Positions 1-8,917 of a DNA stretch of 51,460 nt are shown here, piece by piece. Positions within the stretch are counted from its first letter, which is position 1. Each line of letters opens with the position of its first letter. The DNA comes from Parcubacteria group bacterium GW2011_GWA2_51_10 (lineage in GTDB: Bacteria > Patescibacteriota > Minisyncoccia > Phycocordibacterales > UBA2100). Below the pieces are notes generated by a model. That model worked only from the letters and a program-made list of their open reading frames with translations, had not been told where the DNA came from and searched no databases. The stretch spans positions 1-51,460 of the forward strand of contig LCQS01000004.1 of NCBI GenBank assembly GCA_001004265.1, written 5' to 3'. A program made the position numbers and the translations under genes.

Positions 1-627
1 CAAGATTTAATGGATCGGATCAATGCGCTCTCGAAGGAAATCGCCGCGATCAGGACGGCGCCGGTATGTCCCGGACTCTCAAGGAGCTTGAAGCGCGGCT
101 CCGCGGGCGATGATGTAAAGCGGCTCCAGCAATACCTCGCGAGCGATCCGGCGGTCTATCCGGAGGCGCTCGTTACTGGCACATACGGCGGTTTGACAGA
201 GGCGGCCGTGAAGCGCTGGCAGGCAAAATATAATGTCGTTCTCTCGGGAGATCCGACGACGACTGGCTTTGGGGCTGTTGGGCCTAAAACAATTTCAGCA
301 ATAGCGCAGCAGTGCAGGGGGGTACAGGGGACTGCCGTCTCTGCTGCGCCGTATGTCGGGGGACTCCTCACTGTCGCGCCAATTTTCGGGGGCGTCCCTC
401 TTACAGTTACCGTGCAAGCGATCGTGAATACTGCAAACGTATGCGGCGGCGCTTCGTACACGCTCGATTACGGTGATGGCAGCATCCAGTCGCAGATTCT
501 CGTGCCCCCGAATCACTGCAGAGAGTTAATCAAATCGTTCTCACATGTGTATCGGCAGAAAGGCAACTTTACAATCACGCTCTCTTCCGGTGCTCATCGG
601 AGCACCGCAACGCTCACGGTTCAGTAA
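1..627 (+). CDS. Secreted/cell-wall protein with a peptidoglycan-binding (PG_binding_1-like) repeat and a PKD-like domain; 5' end probably outside the window
   Basis: ORF 10..627 stays open back to nt 1. GDDVKRLQQYLA...GTYGGLTEAAVKRWQ resembles the PG-binding helical repeat. The C-terminal YTLDYGDGS...HVY is PKD-like. Confidence 0.6.
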   Translation, partial: QDLMDRINALSKEIAAIRTAPVCPGLSRSLKRGSAGDDVKRLQQYLASDPAVYPEALVTGTYGGLTEAAVKRWQAKYNVVLSGDPTTTGFGAVGPKTISAIAQQCRGVQGTAVSAAPYVGGLLTVAPIFGGVPLTVTVQAIVNTANVCGGASYTLDYGDGSIQSQILVPPNHCRELIKSFSHVYRQKGNFTITLSSGAHRSTATLTVQ

Positions 628-658
628 AGAAGGCCGCTGCGTCTACCCTCGCAGTTAG

Positions 659-760
659 CTACGAGGCTCGCGCAGCGATTCCGTGGCTTCTTTGCTGGAG
701 AGGTGCGCCCTCCGTGCGCTCTTATTTGGCGCCGATTCAGCCCCGCAGCAAGCTGCGGGG
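659..760 (+). repeat. Intergenic repeat (family R2): CTACGAGGCTCGCGCAGCGATT block plus hairpin CCCCGCAG-caag-CTGCGGGG
   Basis: The block recurs at 32927..32947 and partly at 21125..21140. A hairpin loop containing CAGCAAGCTG recurs at 21217..21255. Confidence 0.5.
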
Positions 761-828
761 CATTCTCGGCGTCCCGCCAGTAGGAGGCGAGTTCTAGATA
801 TCGTGATTTCGTAAACCCCGATGCATGA

Positions 829-3099
829 CTATTCAACATGGAGTTCACGCATGGCGCTTTCGGAGCGCTCCGAGAGCGCTGGATATTTCAAAAGTTCTGG
901 ATCTTCTTTGACGAGTGCGAGAGCTTCCGATCGAGCGGCTTCTATGAGCCGTGGATTTCTGAGCGCTTCCATGCCGATATCGGAGATGCCCCATTGGCGC
1001 TTGCCGAAAAGATCGCCTGCCCCGCGCGCTTCCAAATCCGCTTCCGCTAGTTTGAAGCCGTCATTGCTTTTCTCAAGCGAGCACAGGCGCTGCATTGCGA
1101 TCTCGCCTGCCGTTTCTGGAAGAAGAAAGCAATGCGGCGGATGGCTCGAGCGTTGGATGCGGCCACGCAGTTGATGGAGCTGCGCGAGCCCGAATCTCTC
1201 GGCTCCTTCGATAAGCATGACCGTGGCGTTCGGAACGTTGATGCCGACTTCGACGACAGACGTCGCGACAAGCATCTGGACTTCGCCTGATGCGAAACGC
1301 CGCATCACGTCATCTTTTTCTTGTGATTTCATCGAGCCGTGCAGAAGACCTATTTCATACTCCGGGAATACTTCTTTCTTAAGACGTTTCGCTTCCGCTT
1401 TTGCGGATTTTGCTTGAAGCGCATTCACCTTGGCTGGGTCCGGCTCTTCGATGCGGGGACAAATCACAAATGCTTGGTGGCCTTCGCGCAATTCATTGCG
1501 TGCGGCCTCATATGCAAGAGTGCGCTCGTCTGGTTTTATAATGCGTGTCGTGACCATCGCTCGCCCCGGCGGGAGCTCATCCAAAACCGATATGTCGAGG
1601 TCGCCATACATAGTGAGTGCGAGTGTGCGAGGAATGGGTGTTGCTGTCATCGACAAAAAATGCGGAGCGATATTTTCCTTTTTAGCAAGCGCTCGTCTCT
1701 GCGATGTTCCGAAGCGATGTTGTTCGTCTACAATCGCGTAGGCGAGATGCTGGAATCTTACGGTTTTTTGAATGAGTGCATGTGTGCCGACTATCATCGC
1801 TATTTCTCCATTTGCAACCCACTTCAGAAATTGGCTGCGCGAGATATCAGTTGCTTTCCCGCGTACAGATTTTGAGGGGAACTTCATGCACCCACTTCCC
1901 GTTATGAGTCCTATGTTTATCGGCAATTCGCGGAAATATCCTATGAAAGATTGGAAATGCTGCGTCGCGAGAATTTCCGTTGGCGCCATGTATGCGACTT
2001 GCAGTGTGCCAGATTCACGACCCGGCGGCCGGGCGTGGACGACGGCATACGCCGTCGCGGCGGCGACAAGTGTTTTTCCTGCTCCGACATCTCCCTCGAG
2101 GAGTCGTGCCATGGGGTGCGCGTCACCGTGAGGAGGATCAAAATCACGGAGGATATCGGCAATCGCGCGCGCCTGGGCGCGCGTCGGGGGAAAATTAATT
2201 GATTGGAGAAATGTATTCGCATATTCTTGCCCGTTCTTTATTGAGAACGACGGCTCTTCGTCGTTTACGGCGCGCTCCTGTGCGCGCGCCACTTGAATCA
2301 CAAATATTTCTTCGAACGCGAAGCGCTTCCGCGCCGCTTCCGCATGATCTCTCTTTTCAGGCGTGTGCATCCACACGAGTGCTGATGCTAATTCCGGTAG
2401 GTGGAACTTTTGTCGGATCTTCGCGGGAATCGGGTCGCTCATCTGAACATGCGCCCTCTCCTTGAATACCCGCTCGAGAGCGTGGTAGAACCATTTGCTG
2501 GTTATCCCTCGACTTTCCGGATACACCGGAAACAAAGCGCCAGAAACCGAACCATCTACTTTGTTGCGGGTCCCTGGCGTCGCGCTCATCGTATTTTCTA
2601 ATACGTCTCGCGCGCCGCTTTTCCCGCGCCTCGTATCTGGTGCGATTTCTGGCGCTCTGGGTAGCGCGAACATTCCGCTCGAAACAGATCTGGCGGTGAT
2701 AATTTCGAATTCAGGATTTGCGATATACGGATTTTTATCTGAACCGCCAACGACACCGGTCAATTTCACAAAACTGTCTTCGGGCACATATGAGGCGATA
2801 TATGGTTGATTGAACCACAGCAATTTGATGCGCCCTGTCGCATCTTCGAACCATCCCTCTGTCGCGTTCCGCCGGCTTTTCCAAAGTTTTTTGGCTTTCA
2901 GTTTGGAGATCCTGCCGTAGAGCGTCACCTTCGCGCCTTTCGACAGCCTGTTGATTTCAGTTTCCTTGCCGAGTGCTTCATATCGCGCAGGAAAATGATA
3001 AAGAAGATCACGAATCGTTGAAATCCCGAGCCGGCGGAGCGCAGAGAGCTGCGCGGGAATGAGCCGGAAATGTTTATTAATCGAGTCTTCAGGCCGCAT
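829..3099 (-). CDS. recG: ATP-dependent DNA helicase RecG
   Basis: GDVGAGKT (Walker A), DEQHRFG, SMTATPIPRT and an N-terminal LGI.T..DLL.HFP.RYE wedge region. The ATG at 3099 has TATACT 6 nt upstream. The track ORF extends to a GTG at 3198. Confidence 0.9.
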   Translation of the reverse strand: MRPEDSINKHFRLIPAQLSALRRLGISTIRDLLYHFPARYEALGKETEINRLSKGAKVTLYGRISKLKAKKLWKSRRNATEGWFEDATGRIKLLWFNQPYIASYVPEDSFVKLTGVVGGSDKNPYIANPEFEIITARSVSSGMFALPRAPEIAPDTRRGKSGARDVLENTMSATPGTRNKVDGSVSGALFPVYPESRGITSKWFYHALERVFKERAHVQMSDPIPAKIRQKFHLPELASALVWMHTPEKRDHAEAARKRFAFEEIFVIQVARAQERAVNDEEPSFSIKNGQEYANTFLQSINFPPTRAQARAIADILRDFDPPHGDAHPMARLLEGDVGAGKTLVAAATAYAVVHARPPGRESGTLQVAYMAPTEILATQHFQSFIGYFRELPINIGLITGSGCMKFPSKSVRGKATDISRSQFLKWVANGEIAMIVGTHALIQKTVRFQHLAYAIVDEQHRFGTSQRRALAKKENIAPHFLSMTATPIPRTLALTMYGDLDISVLDELPPGRAMVTTRIIKPDERTLAYEAARNELREGHQAFVICPRIEEPDPAKVNALQAKSAKAEAKRLKKEVFPEYEIGLLHGSMKSQEKDDVMRRFASGEVQMLVATSVVEVGINVPNATVMLIEGAERFGLAQLHQLRGRIQRSSHPPHCFLLPETAGEIAMQRLCSLEKSNDGFKLAEADLEARGAGDLFGKRQWGISDIGMEALRNPRLIEAARSEALALVKEDPELLKYPALSERSESAMRELHVE

Positions 3100-3105
3100 G
3101 TATGT

Positions 3106-3111
3106 AGTATA
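3106..3111 (-). promoter_or_regulatory. -10-like TATACT 6 nt upstream of the recG ATG (leaderless-type)
   Basis: Minus-strand read ggttataTACTacatacATG; no SD. Confidence 0.4.
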
Positions 3112-3401
3112 TAACCGAGTTATGCACAGGAGCTCCCATAGCATCTTGCGTACGGAAATTCTGTCGGTACTATGGGCGTGTTTAGAAACTAGAGGCACTC
3201 ATACGTCTATGATTTATAGAGATGACTTAGATGAAGAGAAGGATTTGTCGGCGGATGTTTTGGAAGTGGCGGACGAAGATGACGACGAGAGTCTGCCTCC
3301 CGAAGGCGAGGGGGACAGCGAGGGTGAAAGAGAATAGCAACTCGGAATTAAGGTTCAGTCGCTAACCTTACGGAGTCATAAGAAATTCACTGCTTTCTTG
3401 G

Positions 3402-3407
3402 TATTAT
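3402..3407 (+). promoter_or_regulatory. Extended -10-like TGGTATTAT, 6 nt upstream of ATG 3414
   Basis: ttgGTATTATctaaagATG; no SD. Confidence 0.4.
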
Positions 3408-3413
3408 CTAAAG

Positions 3414-3749
3414 ATGAAAACACTTTTACAGTATTTAGGGATTGTCGCGGCGGTGGCGCTCACGCTTAACATCACGCCGGGGATATTCTACAGCGGCGGA
3501 TGGCCGACTATTTTCCTGATCGCACTCGCGTGGTCAGTCATTATTCTTGTCATACGCCCGATCCTTCAATTACTTACTTTGCCGATTACGATTATCACGC
3601 TCGGGCTTTTCGCACTCGTTCTGAACGCATTCCTTTTTTATGCCATGACATGGATTGTTCCCGGCTTTACTGTTGCCGGTTACTGGTCTGCGCTTCTTGG
3701 TTCGGTCATACTTTCCGTCTTTATCTGGCTCATCCAGAAAATCTTCTAG
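3414..3749 (+). CDS. Small 4-TM membrane protein, DUF360/Phage_holin_4_2 (YvlD-like) family
   Basis: The hydrophobic pattern and the GLFALVLNAFLFYAMTWIVPGF segment are typical of this family. Confidence 0.55.
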   Translation: MKTLLQYLGIVAAVALTLNITPGIFYSGGWPTIFLIALAWSVIILVIRPILQLLTLPITIITLGLFALVLNAFLFYAMTWIVPGFTVAGYWSALLGSVILSVFIWLIQKIF

Positions 3750-3827
3750 AAAGTGCAAAGAATTTTGCTGAGCGTTCTCGTGGAGCCAGCCGAGGACGGT
3801 CGAAGGCATGAAATTTGAGTATTTTTC

Positions 3828-3867
3828 TACTTGTTTATCGTGGACGACCGTCCACGATAAACAAGTA
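3828..3867. repeat. 40-nt near-perfect palindrome (19-nt arms, 2-nt centre)
   Basis: TACTTGTTTATCGTGGACG-ac-CGTCCACGATAAACAAGTA. Confidence 0.8.
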
Positions 3868-4017
3868 AACAAGGGAGTCTTTCTTGAGCCAATTTCTTTC
3901 ATGATAAGATTTCTGAAATATGCCCGCGCTGTGCTATCAGTATTGAACTACCCCATACAGAAAGTTATATAGTGTTTGGCATACGGGTTTGCTAGTATCT
4001 ATTTGCGGACGAATCAT

Positions 4018-4650
4018 ATGAATCTCGATAAACAACGGACGCCAGAGCGGCGAAATTCGCCTGAGAGAATTGCTGCTCTACTCGGAGATTTGTTAGCAAA
4101 GGATCCACAAATGCTGGCAAAGGCCATTGATTCGATATCGCCGGAGGCCCGGACGGCATTGAGCGGATTAATACAATTAGCGGAAGAAAAAAATGCGCAA
4201 CAATCTTCGGCTGAGGTTCAGCCACCAGCAAAAACAGACGCCAAGACAGAACAGGGCAAAATCGAAATTCCGGCTGATTATGAACCGAATCTCGACCAAC
4301 GGCGAAGAGAGCAGGCATTTGATGACGACAACTATTGGATTAGCGAGAACCGAAAAAATTCTTTACCGGATTATGGGAAATCACCTTTATATCGCGCACA
4401 TTGGAGATTAGGAACTCAGGAATATCGACTTAAGCTTGCAGAAGAAATACGCAGCAGATTTAAAATTGGTGAGTATTACTACATACGTGGTCGGGGAGGA
4501 CGCAACCCGATGAAACTAGTTGAAATTTTAACTGACGGAACGGCTCAGATGAAACATAGAAATGATTTAGGAAATCAACCAAAGGTTTATCTCGAGGAAT
4601 TGAAAGAACTGAATCCTGATGCTTTGCCATTATCAAAAGATTATTTGTAG
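4018..4650 (+). CDS. Hypothetical protein
   Basis: Long ORF with no recognisable motif. The track start 3976 is TTG; the first ATG is at 4018. Confidence 0.5.
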   Translation: MNLDKQRTPERRNSPERIAALLGDLLAKDPQMLAKAIDSISPEARTALSGLIQLAEEKNAQQSSAEVQPPAKTDAKTEQGKIEIPADYEPNLDQRRREQAFDDDNYWISENRKNSLPDYGKSPLYRAHWRLGTQEYRLKLAEEIRSRFKIGEYYYIRGRGGRNPMKLVEILTDGTAQMKHRNDLGNQPKVYLEELKELNPDALPLSKDYL

Positions 4651-4675
4651 ATGAGACAGCGCACCCTGTCTTTCT

Positions 4676-5539
4676 ATGTTTGTTAGAATTCCACAAATGG
4701 AGCCGGTTTGCTATCTGAACGGAAAGATTTTACCGGTTGCCGATGCGTGTGTGAACGTGTACGACATCGGACTTTTGCGCGGCTTTGGGATTTACGAAGC
4801 ATTCATGACATACAGCCGCAAACCGTTCATGCTCGCCGATCACCTCGCGCGATTCCGACGCTCGGCCAAAGCAATGTCGCTTAAAGTTCCTGCAAGCGAC
4901 GAGGAAATTCGTTCAGCAGTCGACGCATTGGTTGAGAAAAGCATTCCGTCTTATAAAGAGGCGGTGATTCGCATTATTTTGACAGGCGGTAATGCGCTTG
5001 ACGGCATCGAATACAACTATGACACTCCCACCTTTTACATTCTTGTCGAGGAATTCAAGCCGTTTCCTAGCACATTGTACACCGACGGATGCCCCTTGAC
5101 CGTGTTCGAACAACAGAGGCAGTTCCCGGAAAGCAAGACAACGAATTACATTCAGGCGGTCCTTCTGCAGGAGGCGCGCGAGAAAGCCGGCGCAATCGAA
5201 ATTTTGTATGTGTCAAACGGAAAGGTCTTGGAAGCCGCAACGAGCAATTTTTTTATCGTGAAGAATGGCGTGCTCATTACCGCAAAGAGTGGAATTCTTG
5301 AAGGTGTTACTCGGAAAGTTACTATCGAAGTCGCGCGGCCGCACTTTTCTGTTGAAATACGGGATGTTTCAGTAGATGAGATGTACGACGCTGATGAAGC
5401 GTTCATCACGTCAAGTTTCAAAGAGATCGTCCCCATTGTGCGGGTTGGCGAGAAAACAATAGGGAGCGGGAAAGTCGGCGACGTGACGAAACGCCTCATG
5501 AAATTATTTCGCGACTATACAGTACATGTCGGTAGGTAG
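4676..5539 (+). CDS. Class IV aminotransferase (branched-chain/D-amino-acid aminotransferase family)
   Basis: Fold-type IV layout: YLNGK, GFGIYE, ESKTTNY, EATSNFFIVKNG.LIT, G.LEG.TR. Confidence 0.8.
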   Translation: MFVRIPQMEPVCYLNGKILPVADACVNVYDIGLLRGFGIYEAFMTYSRKPFMLADHLARFRRSAKAMSLKVPASDEEIRSAVDALVEKSIPSYKEAVIRIILTGGNALDGIEYNYDTPTFYILVEEFKPFPSTLYTDGCPLTVFEQQRQFPESKTTNYIQAVLLQEAREKAGAIEILYVSNGKVLEAATSNFFIVKNGVLITAKSGILEGVTRKVTIEVARPHFSVEIRDVSVDEMYDADEAFITSSFKEIVPIVRVGEKTIGSGKVGDVTKRLMKLFRDYTVHVGR

Positions 5540-5552
5540 GCCTTGATGTTGT

Positions 5553-5558
5553 TATAAT
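5553..5558 (+). promoter_or_regulatory. Extended -10 TGTTATAAT, 6 nt upstream of ATG 5565
   Basis: tgtTATAATaaatcaATG; no SD. Confidence 0.45.
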
Positions 5559-5564
5559 AAATCA

Positions 5565-6041
5565 ATGAGTCTCGATAATAAAAAACCGGTGGATCTGCGC
5601 CGCAGAGGTCTCGTGGCGGCGCTCGGAGGCGCGCTGATGGCTGGCCCAGCGCGCGGGGGAGAGAAAAGTAAATCGGAAGACGATCGTTTTTTTGAAGCCA
5701 TGGAGCGCGACATTGAAAAACAAGCTCGGTCAAATCCGGAATTTGTAAAGGAGATGTTCGTGCGGCACCGGGGTGATCTTATAGGCGATGCGACCAACGT
5801 AGAGAATTTAAAGCGAATGCTTAGGAGTTCAAAATTCCAACACGTACGGTCGCTCATTGCTGCAGACGTGATATTTCGCGAAAGGGAGATCGCATGGAAA
5901 CGCAGGTACGTAGGGTTACTGGAGAAGTATCTTCCACCCGAAGTTCCGCGCGACAAAGGACGGCGCATCACTACGCAAACTCAAGCGCCACGACCCGATT
6001 TATCGGAACTTCCCCCGGAGAAACGACAGAAGATAATGTAA
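5565..6041 (+). CDS. Hypothetical protein with a twin-arginine-like N-terminus
   Basis: DLRRRGLVAALGGALMAGPA followed by a charged region. Confidence 0.45.
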   Translation: MSLDNKKPVDLRRRGLVAALGGALMAGPARGGEKSKSEDDRFFEAMERDIEKQARSNPEFVKEMFVRHRGDLIGDATNVENLKRMLRSSKFQHVRSLIAADVIFREREIAWKRRYVGLLEKYLPPEVPRDKGRRITTQTQAPRPDLSELPPEKRQKIM

Positions 6042-6124
6042 TTCTTTTTTTCCGTCAGCTAATAGTCGTACACCCTCAAGGCAAAACAGGTCGTAATCGG
6101 AGAACGTGGCGCAATTGCGCGACA

Positions 6125-6937
6125 TTAGATTTTCAGCAAATATGTTTCAATCAGTTTAGCGGGGCGCATAGAGTCTTTAAATGCGAGAAGTCCAGGCACT
6201 CCACAGGGGCAGCCGATCGTAAAATATGGAACACCGGGATACAGTCTCGCTTTTTCTTGATAAATAAAGGGACTTAATCCGCGATATTTAATATTAACCT
6301 TCTGCATCAAGCCGACAAAAAGATTCTCTGTCAGCGGGTGAGTGTATGCAAACCCCGCGAGCTTCCCATCCACTTCAACAAAAATATTTCTCTGCGGCAG
6401 ACTTGTAAATTCCAGATATTGCAAACAGGCATTAAGATCATCGATAAAAACGCCTTTTGCGAACTCTGAATAGTTTGTTAAGTCCTTAGTGCTCGCCCAA
6501 TTCCGAATGAATTCCGCTACGAACTCTGGCTCATATTGATTTTTTATAGTGTAAGAATAGTGATGTCTAAAATAATTTGCGTTTTGTCGAAATTTACGCA
6601 GATCAGGCGTCGCGGATTTTGATAATTTCTCGCAGTCGTAAAAATATTCAGGGCCATAGGGTATTTTCTCCTTTATAGTTATTCCATTTTCCTCAAAGGT
6701 TTTGATGTCTATCTCGCGAGCAAACTGCACTCCTCTGGCGTCTTCTTTGCCTATTTTAGACGGTGCGTACAAGAACCGCATTTCTTTATCAGAAGTATCG
6801 AGATAGTAAACGATGAGTTTACCATTCATTTGCTCGTAATAGCCGTGAGCGGCTAAAAGGAAGGGGCTCGTAAAATAAGCTTCGCGTCCTAATTCTCTCG
6901 AAATTTCCAGCGCATTATTGGGAGTAATTTTCTCCAT
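6125..6937 (-). CDS. Hypothetical protein, possibly DUF2156 (lysyl-PG synthase C-terminal-like, GNAT fold)
   Basis: LRKFRQNANYF..., the ...GFAY... core and the C-terminal GLLAFKDSMRP resemble DUF2156. Confidence 0.4.
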   Translation of the reverse strand: MEKITPNNALEISRELGREAYFTSPFLLAAHGYYEQMNGKLIVYYLDTSDKEMRFLYAPSKIGKEDARGVQFAREIDIKTFEENGITIKEKIPYGPEYFYDCEKLSKSATPDLRKFRQNANYFRHHYSYTIKNQYEPEFVAEFIRNWASTKDLTNYSEFAKGVFIDDLNACLQYLEFTSLPQRNIFVEVDGKLAGFAYTHPLTENLFVGLMQKVNIKYRGLSPFIYQEKARLYPGVPYFTIGCPCGVPGLLAFKDSMRPAKLIETYLLKI

Positions 6938-7054
6938 TTAGATATTGTGCGCGTCTCGATTGAAACGCAACAGTTGACACCGCGCACTGGACGATGCACA
7001 ATCGCATCCAGAAGATTGGCGCCGCCAGTCACGCAAGCAGAAGGAGAACATGAA

Positions 7055-7813
7055 ATGGAAGCAACGAACCCGAACGTTCGTGCGCTGTTGTTCAGCAGTC
7101 ACAAGGTACACGGCCGCGAATACCTCGATCACGCCGAGGGAGCGATCAAAGCATTTCTCGGACCCGTGACGAAGGTGGTTTTTATTCCATTCGCGCTCAA
7201 CGACTGGGACAGGTATACGTGGGAAAATCGCAAACGTTTTGCCGCGATGGACATCGATCTGATCGGGATTCAAGAAGTTCAGGGCAACATTCATGATGAA
7301 CTCGATAAGCTGTATCTCGGCCGCGATTCGCTCGCAATTGTAGTCGGGGGCGGAAATACGTTCCGCCTTCTCAAAGATATGCAGAGCGGCCTGATAGATC
7401 AGATGCGTTTTTACCTGACGGTGCGTGGAGTACGCTACATTGGTGTCAGCGCTGGCACCAATGTCGTATGCCCGACGATCATGACGACAAACGACATGCC
7501 CATCGTGATGCCATGGTCGTTTGATGCTCTCGGCCTCATACCGTACCAGATCAACACGCATTACGTCGACGCCGCTATCGCCGACGGGCATATGGGCGAA
7601 ACGCGCGAGGAACGCATCAGGGAATTCCACGAAGAGAATGACGTTCCGGTCATCGGTCTCCGCGAAGCATCGTGGATACTCGTGGAACAAGGAATCAGTA
7701 CTCTCGGCGGTCCAAGCGCCGCGCGGCTCTTTCTTCCGGGTCACGCCGCAGAATTCGAAGGCACGCGATCGATCGAATCCGAAATCGCATACGCACAGTC
7801 GCTCCAGCGGTAA
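7055..7813 (+). CDS. pepE: Dipeptidase E (peptidase S51)
   Basis: Collinear with E. coli PepE: FIPFA, VVGGGNTFRLL, GVSAGTNV, TTNDMPIV, QINTHY, GETREERI. AAGGAG lies 9 nt upstream of ATG 7055. Confidence 0.9.
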   Translation: MEATNPNVRALLFSSHKVHGREYLDHAEGAIKAFLGPVTKVVFIPFALNDWDRYTWENRKRFAAMDIDLIGIQEVQGNIHDELDKLYLGRDSLAIVVGGGNTFRLLKDMQSGLIDQMRFYLTVRGVRYIGVSAGTNVVCPTIMTTNDMPIVMPWSFDALGLIPYQINTHYVDAAIADGHMGETREERIREFHEENDVPVIGLREASWILVEQGISTLGGPSAARLFLPGHAAEFEGTRSIESEIAYAQSLQR

Positions 7814-7878
7814 CTAGCAGGACCCGCGGCAAACTCATGAAGACCAGCAATCCACAGCTGGTCTTGTTTTTTTAAAGT

Positions 7879-8883
7879 TCAGTTTATCTCAATATCGATG
7901 TGGCGGATTTCGGGGTGAGTTTTCCTGATGCGTGATTCTATCTCGTCGATTTTTCTGCCCATGAGACGGGGAATGCGATCGGCATACTCCGCGGAGAACT
8001 TCTTAAAGGATTCGAAATCGCGTGTCTTTTTATACTGCTCTCGAAGTGAGGCCTGCTGATATTCGGCGGAAAGGAGAGCCGCGCCGTTGAATTCCACTTC
8101 GCACTTGATGCGATAGACTCCCCAGCCGAGTACGGTTGATTTGAAGTCAATCACTTTTTCGATCGCAGGGTCAGACTCGAGGAGTTTTATGACCGCCTCC
8201 TGTAATTCGTCCGGCATCGAGCGACCGATAAGAAACGAGCGGTTCTTCACAATCAGCGTAAGTGCCGCAATCGCAAGGAATATGGAAATAATGATCGAAC
8301 CAACCGCATCCCACGCGACATTGCCGGTGTAGTACGACATTCCGATCGCGAAAGCGGCCACAGCAATTCCGGCGACGGCAATCGCATCCTCCAAATACAC
8401 GGCGAGCGTCATCGGGTCTGCCATTTTCAGGCGTTCCGAGAGGCGCGCGTTCGGAAAACTTTTCTTAAGTGAAGACGCCGCAACGTAGAACGTATACAAT
8501 TCGACGACAAGAGCAAAGACGAGCACCGCGAATATCACGAGGCTGAACTCGATCGGTTCGGGATGAAAGAGGGCGGTGATCCCGCTGTAGGCCGTGACGC
8601 CGGCTCCGGCGAAGAAGACACCGCACGCCGATATAAGTGCCCAGAAGAACCGCTCGTTTCCATAGCCGTATTCGAAATCCTCGTCGGCTTTTTTGAGCGA
8701 GCGGCGCAATCCTATCAAAAGCAGAATCTGATTCAGCGTATCTGCCGCGCTATGAACGGCTTCTGAAAACATTGCGGAAGAGCCGGACACCGATGCGGCA
8801 ACAAACTTGCTCACCGTCACGATTGCGTTGCCGAACACTGCCGCTACGACCGGCCAAAAACCCGTGGTAGTTTGCAAAGCCAT
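7879..8883 (-). CDS. Cation diffusion facilitator (CDF) family transporter
   Basis: SSAMFSEAVHSAADT motif, six TM segments and a C-terminal cytoplasmic domain. The track start 8913 is TTG; ATG is at 8883. Confidence 0.8.
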   Translation of the reverse strand: MALQTTTGFWPVVAAVFGNAIVTVSKFVAASVSGSSAMFSEAVHSAADTLNQILLLIGLRRSLKKADEDFEYGYGNERFFWALISACGVFFAGAGVTAYSGITALFHPEPIEFSLVIFAVLVFALVVELYTFYVAASSLKKSFPNARLSERLKMADPMTLAVYLEDAIAVAGIAVAAFAIGMSYYTGNVAWDAVGSIIISIFLAIAALTLIVKNRSFLIGRSMPDELQEAVIKLLESDPAIEKVIDFKSTVLGWGVYRIKCEVEFNGAALLSAEYQQASLREQYKKTRDFESFKKFSAEYADRIPRLMGRKIDEIESRIRKTHPEIRHIDIEIN

Positions 8884-8917
8884 TTCGCTCGAAGTATATA
8901 AAACCTGGCGCAAAAGA

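Noticed and set aside
2500-2720. A ~50-aa low-complexity insertion in RecG (SVSSGMFALPRAPEIAPDTRRGKSGARDVLENTMSATPGTRNKVDGSVSG)
   Set aside because: It may simply be a lineage-specific linker between the wedge and helicase domains. It cannot be judged without an alignment.
3209-3337. 42-aa extremely acidic ORF (MIYRDDLDEEKDLSADVLEVADEDDDE...) divergent from recG
   Set aside because: It is short, low complexity and lacks an SD or -10 at the right distance. It cannot be supported without expression data.
6938-7744. 268-aa minus-strand ORF
   Set aside because: It is entirely antisense to pepE, which matches E. coli PepE motif by motif, and it has no recognisable motifs. It is a typical shadow ORF.
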